64,000 bases of DNA, taken from positions 1,760,001 through 1,824,000 of the forward strand of contig OZ242365.1 in assembly GCA_965208905.1 (NCBI GenBank), given 5' to 3'. Of this stretch, positions 52,400-63,777 are shown piece by piece; within the stretch, counting starts at the first letter, position 1, and each line of letters begins with the position of its first letter. The notes under the pieces were generated by a model. That model saw only the letters and a list, made by a program, of their open reading frames with translations, did not search any database and was not told the DNA's origin. This DNA is from Nitrosopumilaceae archaeon. GTDB lineage: Archaea > Thermoproteota > Nitrososphaeria > Nitrososphaerales > Nitrosopumilaceae. The position numbers and the translations under genes are program-made.

Positions 52400-53136
52400 T
52401 CGTTCCACGTATTACCACTAGGGGATACTATGACCGTCGTACTGGTAGCCGTCTTAAAGAGAGAGATTATGGGGTATATCCACACGGTCTGTTCAAAGAC
52501 TTGGTAAATCTGGACGAGTTTGTAGTTGTGGTGCATGGTATGCGCAATAACAGTAGTGGGGCCGCATCCAAGGTACTGATTGCCACCAACACACTTACAG
52601 AGATGAATTACACAGGTAAAATCATAGGGTTTAGTTATGATGCCGATGTAATAGGCGGGCATCAAAGAGATAATTTGGAGGCGCTCCGGGTAGCCAGAGC
52701 AATAGCCACAGTGAATGGCCTCCATCTGGCAAAATTTATTCAAGACGTACGGTCCGAAAACCCATCTGTTCGGATTCGCATTATGGGACACTCGTTGGGC
52801 TCAGAGATTGTGATACACGCTGCGCAACACCTTGATGAGTTAAACAATTACCACTCCATAGATGCCGTATACTTGTTTGCTGCATCCATAGGCCGGGAAT
52901 ACTTGAACCGGCCATCGGTCTTGGAGTCTCTACAACATACAATACGCACAAAGTTGGTCAACCACTACTATACTGATGATGAAGAGCTAGCAATAGGCCA
53001 CAATGACGGTCACAATCCGTATCCTGTCGGACTGTTTGGTATACAGAGTAGCCTTGATATGATACAAGATGTGCAGGTCTCTCCTGCGAATCATCGTTTC
53101 TTCAGTTATATGGCAGTCTTACCTTCATTCCCCTAA
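52396..53136 (+). CDS. Alpha/beta hydrolase (DUF900/DUF726-like)
   Basis: VVHG, GHSLG nucleophile elbow. Confidence 0.8.
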   Translation: MIVPRITTRGYYDRRTGSRLKERDYGVYPHGLFKDLVNLDEFVVVVHGMRNNSSGAASKVLIATNTLTEMNYTGKIIGFSYDADVIGGHQRDNLEALRVARAIATVNGLHLAKFIQDVRSENPSVRIRIMGHSLGSEIVIHAAQHLDELNNYHSIDAVYLFAASIGREYLNRPSVLESLQHTIRTKLVNHYYTDDEELAIGHNDGHNPYPVGLFGIQSSLDMIQDVQVSPANHRFFSYMAVLPSFP

Positions 53137-53361
53137 GACTGTGGGCAAAAATCAACTATGAAGGCTTGTATAATGACCTAGCTGTATCTGCACTTTTTGA
53201 TATATCCATCATCAATGAACCATCAGGTTGGAGATATCTGCGTTTATGACCTTCATGTGTAGTTTGGGCTGGACCCAGCATTTTGTTACCGTTTCACCTT
53301 ATACTTCAGTGGTGAGTAGTACAGCAGAATCTTAAAAAGTGCTTGCGGAACAAAAATTCTA

Positions 53362-54231
53362 TTGGACTATGATTCGCTACATGACTTTATCAAACACAGG
53401 ATGAGGATGACTCACATCTATCAACCTGTGATGATCAAGACGTTGCTGCAACGGGAAGGTCGGGCAAGAACTGAGGATATTGCGAGAGCATTTCTTAATA
53501 CTGATACATCACAATTAGAGTACTACAAAACTATTACAAAACGCTGGCCGCACCAGACACTCAAGAAACATGGCATCATATCCTATCATCGTGAAGAGTA
53601 TACACTACTATTGAATGATATAACCCGAAAGGAGCGAGAGCGCCTCATTGATCTCTGCGAGCTGCGCATACAAGAGTTTATAGACAAGGATCCATGGATA
53701 CGAAATATTCGCAAGCTGGACAACAGTGCGATTCAGGGATCCATGAGGTATGACGTACTAGCTAGATACCGAGGGTTGTGTGCGGCTTGTGGTGCCAGTG
53801 GCACGACTACTCTGTTAGATGTGGATCACATCATACCCAGAAGCATGGGCGGGCCTACCATACTGGAGAATCTACAGGTTCTCTGTCAGCGTTGCAACAG
53901 GGAGAAACGCAACAGAGATGAGACTGACTTTGTGCTGTGGCATAACCGCCTAAAGTTTAGAAGAAAGGGGTGTCAGTTGTGTGATCCAAAAAACATAATG
54001 GCTGAGAACCACATGGCCAGCGCCATTGCTGTAGGCCAACATATAGTAGTGCTACCTAAAAGGCATGTGAGCTCTTTTTTTGAGATGTTGCTACCAGAGC
54101 GCAATCTCTGCTTCGCACTGGCAGACTCGGTTTTGTCCAAATCTGGTAAAACTGCATCCAAGATAACCATCGACCCAATTCCGCAGGATGGTGATATGCA
54201 CCACTGCCATATTGGAATAATAACTACATAG
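53362..54231 (+). CDS. HNH endonuclease with a C-terminal HIT-like domain
   Basis: MTHIYQPVMI, CAACG..DVDHIIPRS.GG..NLQVLC..CN, PKRHV, HCHIGII. Confidence 0.82.
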   Translation: MDYDSLHDFIKHRMRMTHIYQPVMIKTLLQREGRARTEDIARAFLNTDTSQLEYYKTITKRWPHQTLKKHGIISYHREEYTLLLNDITRKERERLIDLCELRIQEFIDKDPWIRNIRKLDNSAIQGSMRYDVLARYRGLCAACGASGTTTLLDVDHIIPRSMGGPTILENLQVLCQRCNREKRNRDETDFVLWHNRLKFRRKGCQLCDPKNIMAENHMASAIAVGQHIVVLPKRHVSSFFEMLLPERNLCFALADSVLSKSGKTASKITIDPIPQDGDMHHCHIGIITT

Positions 54232-54608
54232 AATTATGGTGTACAGTCTCTTGATGAGCACGCCCATCTAATCATTTATTGATGTCTAAAATTCGTTATA
54301 CATATGATCATCATGTTCGGATATGCAGAGGGTCTACATCAAACTCAGATTAATAATGATGTATCATACTTTTGCGCAAGTGACTTGATACATAATATGT
54401 TGCGCTGTTTGATCTGAACTGGTGCATTAACGGTGCCGAGAATAAATGGCGCTTGAGTGCCGCACCAACCTACATTCCTACTCTGCTGAAACACCTGTGT
54501 TCCCGCCCCACAGTACGACTGTGAGGCGGCCGCCATCTCCACTCTAAGTCACTTTTTCTAGGTTGCATATTTTTGCCACCTTGTTTTGACAGTTTACTTT
54601 TTATCTTG

Positions 54609-55619
54609 ATGGGAGAAAATAATGAGGTGGAATTCAGTAAGGTGGAGCCGGCCTACACCTCAAGGCACGGATGCAGGCTCGTGTGGCAAGGGGCCAACGA
54701 AGACGACTCCGACACTGTCATCCTGAACCGGGATGAGTTAGATTCCCTTGTAGATATTCTACAAAAAGACTCGACGGGGACCGTGGTACTGGAGGACCGA
54801 ATCAGCAAGATCCTTGTTAATTCAGATGTCACCCAGTTTTCCTTGCAGGGACACAAGTTGCTTGAGGCAGATACACTTCAGCTCCAAAAACAAGTGCTTG
54901 AATATGCCAAAATCCCGCACGAACCGCAGTACGTCTACATCAACTCAAAACAGTTCTACCCTTCGGTCTGGATGAGGAGGGAGGATGGAGAGGGAAAAGG
55001 AGAGACACGGCAGCCTGGAGACGGCTCTGGAGGACAGGCCGCCAGGCAATCTCTGCTGGACACCATACTCTGTTCAGAACCGAAAAAGACAGACATGCCG
55101 CGCCCAGAGTCTGATGTCTTTAGGATATTCGCAACGAGGAGATCCACAAGAAAGTTTGCAAAGATCAAGGTGGAGGACTGGAAGATTGACAAGATATTGG
55201 CCGCAGCAGACACCGCGCCCACCGCGGGAAATTTTCAGGGCCTGAAAATATTTTATATAAAAAATGGCAAGACAAAGGAGGCTCTCGTAGAGGCTGCCAA
55301 CAAGCAGTCATACGTCAATGCGCCGGTAGTGCTTGTATTCTGCATGGATCCGGCGCGGGTCAAGCTAAAGTTTCCCAAAGATATTCTGGAAAAATTCTCC
55401 ATCCAAGACGCGACGCTTGCAGCATCGCATGCGTTGATTGCGGCGGCGGGGCTGGGGTTGAGCTCAATCTGGATCGGAATGATCGACGAAGAAAAGGTAA
55501 AGTCGATCCTTGGGACCAAGTTAAGACCGTCTTCGATTCTTTGCATCGGGTATCCGGACAAGAAAAAGCCCCCAAAATCGAGGCGAAAACTGAAGGAATT
55601 AATTGAGGTTATAGAGTAG
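54609..55619 (+). CDS. Nitroreductase-family protein with an N-terminal extension
   Basis: RRSTRKF, APTAGNFQ, GLSSIWIG, IGYP. Confidence 0.85.
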   Translation: MGENNEVEFSKVEPAYTSRHGCRLVWQGANEDDSDTVILNRDELDSLVDILQKDSTGTVVLEDRISKILVNSDVTQFSLQGHKLLEADTLQLQKQVLEYAKIPHEPQYVYINSKQFYPSVWMRREDGEGKGETRQPGDGSGGQAARQSLLDTILCSEPKKTDMPRPESDVFRIFATRRSTRKFAKIKVEDWKIDKILAAADTAPTAGNFQGLKIFYIKNGKTKEALVEAANKQSYVNAPVVLVFCMDPARVKLKFPKDILEKFSIQDATLAASHALIAAAGLGLSSIWIGMIDEEKVKSILGTKLRPSSILCIGYPDKKKPPKSRRKLKELIEVIE

Positions 55620-56400
55620 GTAGACCCAGCCCGCAAAGCCGGACGCTGCATAGTGCCGGTTATGAAACATGCCGACTGCAATCCGCTTCCTGATTTTTAT
55701 TCAGATAGTTTCCATGCATTTCCATGAATGATATAACTGACTAGACCGTAGATTATGTCTTGTATATTGCCTCTAGAGGCTGACTACCCAGTTCAAACTA
55801 CTTGAAAATTCCTCCATTCCCACTAAACTTGCAACATTCGTATCCCAAATGTTGAGGATATCTGATCTGGCCGTATCTGCCGTCTCATTGGCGCTTTGGC
55901 GGCATCAAAATGAGCGACAATGAAGCCGTATGGCGCATGGCCGGCTACATGATCAAGCCTGCCCTCGAATAGAGCCAGAACCGGACCATGACGTGCTATC
56001 CAAGTCGACGGGACGCCGCGGCACGGCCCGCACGGGGCGAAAACGTGGGTTGATGACCTGTGTTTTCACTCTGCCCAAATCATCTGCGTTTCCACTCTGC
56101 ATGCTTGATTGTGTCAGGCCTCAATTCCCACTTCAAGTGCCGTTAATACGCCCGTTCAGTTTGACCATATATTATGTACAATGACGATCTTTACCAATTT
56201 TTATTTTTGTATTTAAAATTACAAAATTCTGTGTCTGAAAAATACGATCAAAAATAATAATTATTCTAGTGTAAGGGAATACGCTCCAGTGAAACGATAA
56301 ATTATCATATGGTGAATAAAAGATAAATTATAGTAAGTAGTATTAAACATAACACAATGATGGTGTGTATGTTTTAAATGAATGGCATTAGTGCTCAAGC

Positions 56401-57675
56401 GTGGGGATCGATGTGGTAGATCTGTGGGTAGAGATAGTGGGCCTTGCTGCACTCATAGGACTATCGTCTTTTTTTAGTGGCTTGGAGGTGGCATTAGTGG
56501 GAACAAGAGATGCCAAGGTGAACCAGCTACGACAGAAGAAGATACGTGGTGCCGAGTCATTGTACAAACTAAAGTCTAACCCGGGTTGGATGATGGCTAG
56601 CGTCAATCTGGGAAATAATTTGGCAAATGTAGGCTCATCGGCCTTGGCCACAAGTGTAGCGTTGCGTATCTTTGGAGATGATGGCCTAGCCATTGCAATT
56701 GGTATAATGACACTACTCATATTGATATTTGGTGAGATCACACCAAAGACGTACTGTAACGCCAATTCTACCAAAGTGGCGTTAAGATTTGCTGGTGTTT
56801 TGTTGGTGTTTAGTTATGCGTTTTGGCCTGTTGTAAAGATGTTTGAGTTCATAACTAGATTTATGGTTAGACTGACCGGAAGTAGTTACCGCGCACCACC
56901 AATCACTGAAGATGAGATACGGGGCATTGTTGAGCAGGGACTAAAGGATAAGGCTTTAGAGAAGGAAGAGACAGAATTGGTTCATGGCGCCCTACTCTTT
57001 GATGATATCACAGTACAAGGTATTATGACTCCTAGAACCAAACTATTCTCACTGTCTACCAGAACACTACTCATAGATGCACTGCCACAGATAAACCACT
57101 CAACACACTCTCGAGTTCCCATATATGATAAAAACCCAGACGATATAGTTGGATTTGTACACGTGAAGGATATCTTAGTCGCAGTGGAAGAGAACTACAA
57201 AGTCAAGACGCTAGGTGAGATTGCACGAAAACCCGTCTTTGTATCACAGGAGAAGAAGGTCAGCTCCTTACTCAAAGAGATGAAGACTCACAAAATACAC
57301 ATTGCAATTGTAATAGATGAGCATGGTGGTGTAGATGGAATAGTCACACTTGAGGACCTTATAGAGACCATAGTGGGCGATATAGAGGATGAGACCGACA
57401 TGACTCAAGCTGAATCATACGAGATAATTGACAAACACACCATTGTGAGTAGCGGCGATATCCGAATATCCAAGATTAATGATATAATGAACACGTCCAT
57501 TCCCGAAGATGCCAACCATGTAACACTGAACGGAATTCTTCATAAAAAATTAAATGATATACCCAAAGCAGGTGACAGTATCAAGGTGAATGATGTGACC
57601 ATAAATGTAGAAAAGGTCACAAATAACAAGGCTGTAAGGCTACGTGTATCTAAACATCAAGCCGGCGCAAAATGA
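56401..57675 (+). CDS. CNNM/CorC (DUF21-CBS) transporter
   Basis: FFSGLEVAL, GNNLAN, FGEITPK, IMTPR, HSRVP, VTLEDLIE. Confidence 0.9.
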   Translation: MGIDVVDLWVEIVGLAALIGLSSFFSGLEVALVGTRDAKVNQLRQKKIRGAESLYKLKSNPGWMMASVNLGNNLANVGSSALATSVALRIFGDDGLAIAIGIMTLLILIFGEITPKTYCNANSTKVALRFAGVLLVFSYAFWPVVKMFEFITRFMVRLTGSSYRAPPITEDEIRGIVEQGLKDKALEKEETELVHGALLFDDITVQGIMTPRTKLFSLSTRTLLIDALPQINHSTHSRVPIYDKNPDDIVGFVHVKDILVAVEENYKVKTLGEIARKPVFVSQEKKVSSLLKEMKTHKIHIAIVIDEHGGVDGIVTLEDLIETIVGDIEDETDMTQAESYEIIDKHTIVSSGDIRISKINDIMNTSIPEDANHVTLNGILHKKLNDIPKAGDSIKVNDVTINVEKVTNNKAVRLRVSKHQAGAK

Positions 57676-58697
57676 CGCTCCAGAATATGTTTACGCTGTT
57701 CCATATGAAAGAGTGATTCGGTGTGACGTACAGCATCTTTGTATGGCCTCTGCAGCATCATTGCTTGTAGCAGCATGTGATTTTCGGGTATCACTATACC
57801 GGTCTGGTCATCCGAATATGCTATTTGGACTGTATCTCCTCTGGATGCAGACATCTCTGTGTGTATGTGTACCATGTTTGTATCGGTAAAATTATACTTC
57901 ATTGTATTGGCAAAGTCTCTTATCTGTTTTGTATCGGCGGCGCCATGCAGTACAGCCACACCCTTCTCGGCAGCAAACAGTCTGTGAATATCATCTGTGG
58001 ATGGTGCTTCGCCCTGAAAACGTATATCCATTATGTGTAAGTGCATCTGCCTGGTGGGCACCTTTACGGATCGTACATACAGAGGTATCTCGTCCCCTAG
58101 ATATACACGGGCATCATCGGCATGATGTGGATTTGGTGTCAACTGTATTGTATCGGGGAACGACTTTGATGTCTGCTCAATGTCGGCCCAACGACGTATC
58201 AGTGTTATGTCTAGCCGTTTTATATCGTTGGTGTATCTCTCCCGGAGCGGTTCAATTATGCGTCCCAAACCCGTAACATTACAGCTACCCTGTATTGCAT
58301 CACGGCGCCCCAATGCCTCATCATAATTTACCCGAGAGTTGAATATGAAACTTGATACTGATTCAGAGCCAAACGCTGATTCGCCCCCCTGATATATCAC
58401 GCCCACATCATGTTTCTTGTAAACTTCTTTGTTGCGCAGACCTTGACCTCCCGGCGAGGCATCTATGACTATATCTGCCATATTCAGCGCAGACTGTATA
58501 TCTCCTGCTGCCTTACCGTTGAATTTCGATATGCTGCCATGCGGTACATAGACATCCAACCCTGACGATACAGCTCTATCGACTCCCGCATCTGGTGAGT
58601 ACTTTCCTACACCTACAACATCTATCTCTGGGTCATCCTGCAGAAAAGAGGCTATTCTACTTCCAATAGAGCCATATCCATTAACAAATACCCTCAT
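57657..58697 (-). CDS. gap: Archaeal glyceraldehyde-3-phosphate dehydrogenase
   Basis: VNGYGSIG, YQGGE, SCNVTG, VPTRQMH, IVIPEN. Confidence 0.92.
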   Translation of the reverse strand: MRVFVNGYGSIGSRIASFLQDDPEIDVVGVGKYSPDAGVDRAVSSGLDVYVPHGSISKFNGKAAGDIQSALNMADIVIDASPGGQGLRNKEVYKKHDVGVIYQGGESAFGSESVSSFIFNSRVNYDEALGRRDAIQGSCNVTGLGRIIEPLRERYTNDIKRLDITLIRRWADIEQTSKSFPDTIQLTPNPHHADDARVYLGDEIPLYVRSVKVPTRQMHLHIMDIRFQGEAPSTDDIHRLFAAEKGVAVLHGAADTKQIRDFANTMKYNFTDTNMVHIHTEMSASRGDTVQIAYSDDQTGIVIPENHMLLQAMMLQRPYKDAVRHTESLFHMEQRKHILERHFAPA

Positions 58698-59070
58698 TAT
58701 ATTCACTGCAAGGAATTGTACATTTAAGTGAAATGCCAAACTTTCATTGATCATACACCTCTTCAGAATAATCTGTAATCCCCCACTACTCCCATGAGTT
58801 GTGCGGTATATGGTTCTGTGTGGTGTGTGTCTCCCTGAATCTAGCGATCATATCTGTAAATGGAGATTTCCTGCCTTGTACTGTCGACACCCAGAGTTGA
58901 TACCGATATTACAAGTGACAATATCTACACATATTGCCTACAGCCCAAATCCTGATGAACCTTGCATCTGAAATGCTGTGCAGTATGCTGAATTTGGACT
59001 ATTGTCGCATTCCCTATCTCGCCTACAGAAGTCACAATATATAGTGCCATTATCTGTTGTTATATCAAGT

Positions 59071-59143
59071 GGCCTCCGTCGTATAGTGGCTAGTATAGGG
59101 GACTGTGGATCCCCGGACAGGGGTTCGATTCCCCTCGGAGGCC
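59071..59143 (+). tRNA. tRNA-His(GUG)
   Basis: G-1 plus acceptor stem GCCTCCG/CGGAGGC, anticodon loop CTGTGGA, T-loop TTCGATT, discriminator C; CCA not encoded. Confidence 0.95.
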
Positions 59144-59150
59144 TACACTA

Positions 59151-59498
59151 TTAAAATAGACCATACTTTGAGGACTCCATCTCTTCTTTTATGGCCAACT
59201 TAAAACGTGGCACTTGGTTCTTTATACGTGATTCCAGCCAATTTAGGAATTTTTTGTCATCGCCTTTACCCTTTAATGTGTTAAATGATGGACCCATCTG
59301 ATCTTTTAGTTTTAATATCAGAGATCTATCCACACTGGCCACAAAAAAGTGCCAACCCAGGGCAAACTGTGAATCGGTCACAACAAAACTGTCATAGTCA
59401 TGGACCATCTCTTCAAGTAGTGTTAGCTGGTGTATCAGGGCACGGCTGACTTTGTCATAGTCTATGGCTGAGACGTTGATGTTTAGTCTGCCTTCCAT
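59151..59498 (-). CDS. Hypothetical protein
   Basis: Clean ORF starting MEGRLNINV, at the end of the operon. Confidence 0.7.
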   Translation of the reverse strand: MEGRLNINVSAIDYDKVSRALIHQLTLLEEMVHDYDSFVVTDSQFALGWHFFVASVDRSLILKLKDQMGPSFNTLKGKGDDKKFLNWLESRIKNQVPRFKLAIKEEMESSKYGLF

Positions 59499-59531
59499 AA
59501 TGATATCGTATGACAGCACTAAAAGATAAAT

Positions 59532-60275
59532 CTACGGGTTATAGTGCCCAAAATCTATACCAAAAAATCTACTCATAATTGTAGTGTATGTGCTCACCGA
59601 TTCAGGTATGTTGTCTTCGCATGTTACACCCAGCGAATAAGCAGAGTACCATATTGTAAGAGCTTGTAGTATTGTCAAAAATCGATCATTTTGAGCATCT
59701 TCGGGTTGAAGTGCCTTTGTGTAACGCTCGGCGTACTCCCACGCAGTCCCATAACTGATACATGACACACCAAAGACGGCTTGTATTTGAGACTTTATGT
59801 CTGGTGCACTGCGCAGTGGAGTCACATTAAGTACAAATGGAAATTGAACTGAATTCGGAAGGCAGCCCGGGAGAGGACCCCATATGGTAATTATGCGAAC
59901 ATTATCATCTAACTTTGAAAATCGTTGGGGCATGACATGGGTTATACTTGGGTCGGCAAACCAAAACAAAATTACATCTGAAGATGGAATGTCACACCAT
60001 CGTACATCTCCCACACGAACATCTGCATCATCACCCAGTGTGCGGCCAGCCTCCTGTACGCGAGATTCGTTGATATCCACACCGCATACATGAGCTCCGT
60101 ACTGTTTGGCTATCTGTAATGCATAACCAGAACCACATCCCAGATGGCAGAAGGTCTCGCCAGACTTTAGTTTGGCAAAGTTCAGTAGACGATGTATAGT
60201 TTTGTCCGGGAGCGATACATCATCTCCACTCATTATGTTCTTTGGCAGTGTGGCTATGTACTGATCAACATTCAC
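59532..60275 (-). CDS. SAM-dependent methyltransferase
   Basis: HLGCGSG, GVDIN. Confidence 0.8.
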   Translation of the reverse strand: MNVDQYIATLPKNIMSGDDVSLPDKTIHRLLNFAKLKSGETFCHLGCGSGYALQIAKQYGAHVCGVDINESRVQEAGRTLGDDADVRVGDVRWCDIPSSDVILFWFADPSITHVMPQRFSKLDDNVRIITIWGPLPGCLPNSVQFPFVLNVTPLRSAPDIKSQIQAVFGVSCISYGTAWEYAERYTKALQPEDAQNDRFLTILQALTIWYSAYSLGVTCEDNIPESVSTYTTIMSRFFGIDFGHYNP

Positions 60276-60535
60276 TCTCGAATGGCCTCCAGTTTGGAGA
60301 CTGCTTGCCACAACTGGATTCTCACATATGATGGCAGATTGGGGTCTTGAGTTATGTCATCCAACTGACTTATGGCATTTGCAGCACGTACAGAAATGGA
60401 GTACTCTGTAGTGTTCAGTTCTGATAATAGATCAGTTAGGGACTTTTTTACTGTCTTGGGCGTGGATGGGTTCTTTGCTATTTGATCCAGAGTGTCTATT
60501 CCTTCTTGCATAGAGACGCGGTTCCTCTCGGACAA
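60272..60535 (-). CDS. UPF0147 family protein
   Basis: RAANAISQLDDITQDPNLPSYVRIQLWQAVSKLE. Confidence 0.85.
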   Translation of the reverse strand: MSERNRVSMQEGIDTLDQIAKNPSTPKTVKKSLTDLLSELNTTEYSISVRAANAISQLDDITQDPNLPSYVRIQLWQAVSKLEAIRE

Positions 60536-60536
60536 C

Positions 60537-60848
60537 TCATAACACCTCCACGTATATGTTACCATCTTCTTCATGTATGGTATATGGTGTTAGATCACGT
60601 ATTGGGGCTGGAAATTTTGCCAACTTGCCAGTGGTACAATCAAACTCGGCACCATGCCACCCACAAACCAGGTTATCTCCATCAATCTTACCTTCTGCCA
60701 AACTAGCTCCAGCATGAGTGCAGGTGTCATCGACTGCATAATATTTGCCATTAATATTGACTATGGCGATATCGCGACCATCAAGAGTCACCTGATTTAT
60801 ACTTCCTTCCGGGAAGTCTGATGCGGATCCTGCGAATATCTTTCCCAT
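60537..60848 (-). CDS. Rieske 2Fe-2S ferredoxin
   Basis: CTH...CGWH. Confidence 0.9.
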   Translation of the reverse strand: MGKIFAGSASDFPEGSINQVTLDGRDIAIVNINGKYYAVDDTCTHAGASLAEGKIDGDNLVCGWHGAEFDCTTGKLAKFPAPIRDLTPYTIHEEDGNIYVEVL

Positions 60849-61291
60849 GGAATTATTCAAATAAGCATTCTTAATATTTATTTAGGTAGTTTTTGCTGTG
60901 TCGCACAGAGATAAGCCTCCCAATTGCCTAATTTGGCACCAACAAGTATTTAGCTCCCTAATTAGAAATACCGTCTATGGATAAAGATGCGATCAACTAG
61001 GCATACGACCTATTGTGTAGTATCGCATCACAATGGTCCTGTTTGTCGTCATAACGATTGTGGGTATACTGTATATGCCACACCGTCTCAAGTAGTCGGT
61101 AAGCGGCGTTCACAGATGCCCACCGCGGTCCTGTGGGTGGGGCATAAGGCCCGGTATGTTGAGGGGTATTTACCTGTAGGACATACCCTGAATAGGTATA
61201 ACATTTTTAACTATCTGATACCGTATGATACCATGTCGTACAAAGATAACAAGCATGTCATAAAGACACTACGATATAGGAGCGATAAACC

Positions 61292-61906
61292 ATGATGTGG
61301 TTCAAAGTTCATACAAAACCTAAACTGCCGTGTGGCACAAGACATGAAAAACAAGAAGCAATTTCAGTGTTTTTTGACAAGTTAAAGAGGCGTTATGGTG
61401 AAAATTGGGAGGATCATATATCGAAATTCACGCCATACATTATGGAGTCCACCACACGCAAGTCAGTTATGTACTCACATAGTTGGTTAACGGGGGCCTC
61501 AACAATCACCATGATTGAACCGCCCATTGCAAAACGTGAAAAATTAACTCTCCAATATAGACAATCACCATTTGGACCAGAAGAATTTGGAACGTATAGA
61601 TATATCACCGTACGTTGTACGCCAGAACTTGTTAGTTGGGCAATGGATTATATCGATTTCTCTATTGCTGACAATCCACATTATAATGGATTAGTAGATT
61701 GTTTGGACTTAAATTTGCGGGACAATGGATGGATGGATATTGCTGAGTATTTGCGGGACAATGGCAAGATTATCGCCGAATATACGGCGAAAAGAAAGAG
61801 AGACAAGAAGGGCAAATATTGGTCAATGGGAGGGTACAGGTTTTATGCCCACACCCCAGATCAGGAAAACGTTTGGGATTGGGGGGTCAAACCGGCGATG
61901 CGCTAA
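61292..61906 (+). CDS. Hypothetical protein
   Basis: 204-aa ORF with no recognised motif. Confidence 0.55.
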   Translation: MMWFKVHTKPKLPCGTRHEKQEAISVFFDKLKRRYGENWEDHISKFTPYIMESTTRKSVMYSHSWLTGASTITMIEPPIAKREKLTLQYRQSPFGPEEFGTYRYITVRCTPELVSWAMDYIDFSIADNPHYNGLVDCLDLNLRDNGWMDIAEYLRDNGKIIAEYTAKRKRDKKGKYWSMGGYRFYAHTPDQENVWDWGVKPAMR

Positions 61907-62115
61907 TGACATGGTTTACAGTTGTTACAGAAGGCGGCATGAACTCCGCCGCCCAAAAGGCTAGTAAAGATATGTTCGATTAAGTTTTGAACTCCTCATG
62001 AGGCGGCGTTTTGGCCCAGCAACATCATAGTGGTGAGACAGCCAACAGATGCATGGCAGTTCAGTGAACTTGAATATGTAATTCCCAAAAAAAATATGAT
62101 ACAAAAACTGTATGA

Positions 62116-63777
62116 TCATTTATGCGCAAAGACGGCTTGTTTTGCAGACTCTTTGCGCGCATAGCCGAATCGAACAAACTGTATCATGGTATAGTCGGGT
62201 ATGGTGGTAAAATGCGGTTCAACCATGCAAGAGAAGACTTTCAGACTGTCCACATCAAACTCTTCACCCGTAAATGGTGGCCGCGGTACGATAAGTTGTA
62301 TTGGTGTGGCACCAGAGACAGGAACCCAATGTATGCGAGGCACATCACTATGTGATGTATCTGACTGCATGGTTATTGTGCGATTTGTTGCATCTATACG
62401 AGCTACACCTAAACCCATCAACAAGACCGTACTGTTGTCGGCCACATCCAAGGCATTCAACATTATGCCATCAGCTGGATTCAACTCTCTGTTGTTATGC
62501 TTTGAACCGGGCAGATCCGGCAGGTGTACTGTCTCTGCTGTATTGGTGATAGAAAATGTCATATAATCTTGAACCATGTGTAGCCGGATAGACTCTGCAT
62601 CTATTATGCTACGATTGTAGGACTCTAATGTTTCAAACGGTGCCACCGTATCAGACTTTGTAAATCCCAAAGATAGTATGAATTTGCGTATGGCTTCGGG
62701 TCTAATTCCTCGCCGCCTAAGACCGGCCAGTGTGGGCAGGCGGGGATCATCATAACTAGATATTTGGCCTCTCTCCAAGAGTGGCTTTATCAGTCTCTTG
62801 GAGACTGGCATGTCTTTTAGCGCCAGCCTAGAGAATACAGTCATGTGAGACCTGCGCAGCCCCAATGAATCCTGTATCGAGTTGTATAGCGTATTGCGCA
62901 TCTCATACTCCTTGGAACGTAATGCATGTGTAACGCCATCAATACTGTCTTCGACAGATATGGCCAAATCATAACTGGGCCACGTTCTATACTTGGTACC
63001 TAGTAGCGGGTGTTTATCATGTATGATGCGAAAGAGTACGGGATCTCGCATGGTGGTGTTATCCGAAGTCATATCTCCACGATATCTGAGGACCGCCCTG
63101 CCAGGCTTGTATTTGGTCTGCATCTTACACCAACGGATATAGTTCTCTTCGGGTGTTATACGACTACACGGGCACGATATTTTGTTTCGACGGTTTTCAG
63201 AAGCCTTTTCACGACTACATTCACAGACATATGCCATACCCTTATGGATTAGTTCGGCAGCTTTGTTGTGTAGTAGTTCGATATCATCTGAGGTGTTCTT
63301 TACACTGGAGAATGAGACTCCCAGCCATTCAAGACCCACCTTTATGGCGGCGTAAAACTCCAACCGTTCCGCGGTAGGATTGGTGTCATCCATGCGCAGT
63401 ATCAATTTACCACCATACATCTTTGCATACTCATCATTTATGATGGCTGCCTTGGCGTGTCCTATGTGGGGATAGCCATTGGGTTCTGGCGGGAAACGTA
63501 ATGTTACATTACCATGTGTGGCACCTGGCAGTGGAGGCAATGATAATTTTTTGGTGTGTGTTTTACGAGCAGGTTTAAACTCCGTTAATTGAGATGAGTC
63601 CATACTGTTTACCTCCTGTACTATATGCTGTACTGTATCCATTATTTCCGCAGCACTGCGTCGCAAATCTGGACGGGCCCCCATCAATTTAGCCAAGACT
63701 ATCTTTGCTGTGGTAGAACCATGTGTTGCAGCACTACTTAGTGCTATTCTACGAATATCGTCTTCTGCACCATCCAA
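62116..63777 (-). CDS. gltX: Glutamate--tRNA ligase
   Basis: RFPPEPNGYPHIGH, DDTNP, THALRSKE, DDPRLPTL. Confidence 0.96.
   Translation of the reverse strand: MDGAEDDIRRIALSSAATHGSTTAKIVLAKLMGARPDLRRSAAEIMDTVQHIVQEVNSMDSSQLTEFKPARKTHTKKLSLPPLPGATHGNVTLRFPPEPNGYPHIGHAKAAIINDEYAKMYGGKLILRMDDTNPTAERLEFYAAIKVGLEWLGVSFSSVKNTSDDIELLHNKAAELIHKGMAYVCECSREKASENRRNKISCPCSRITPEENYIRWCKMQTKYKPGRAVLRYRGDMTSDNTTMRDPVLFRIIHDKHPLLGTKYRTWPSYDLAISVEDSIDGVTHALRSKEYEMRNTLYNSIQDSLGLRRSHMTVFSRLALKDMPVSKRLIKPLLERGQISSYDDPRLPTLAGLRRRGIRPEAIRKFILSLGFTKSDTVAPFETLESYNRSIIDAESIRLHMVQDYMTFSITNTAETVHLPDLPGSKHNNRELNPADGIMLNALDVADNSTVLLMGLGVARIDATNRTITMQSDTSHSDVPRIHWVPVSGATPIQLIVPRPPFTGEEFDVDSLKVFSCMVEPHFTTIPDYTMIQFVRFGYARKESAKQAVFAHK

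Noticed and set aside
53255-54345. Weak inverted similarity flanking the HNH-HIT gene
   Set aside because: Too degenerate, and no TSD.
59071-59143. tRNA-His as an integration site
   Set aside because: No duplicated tRNA 3' end or integrase seen in the window.
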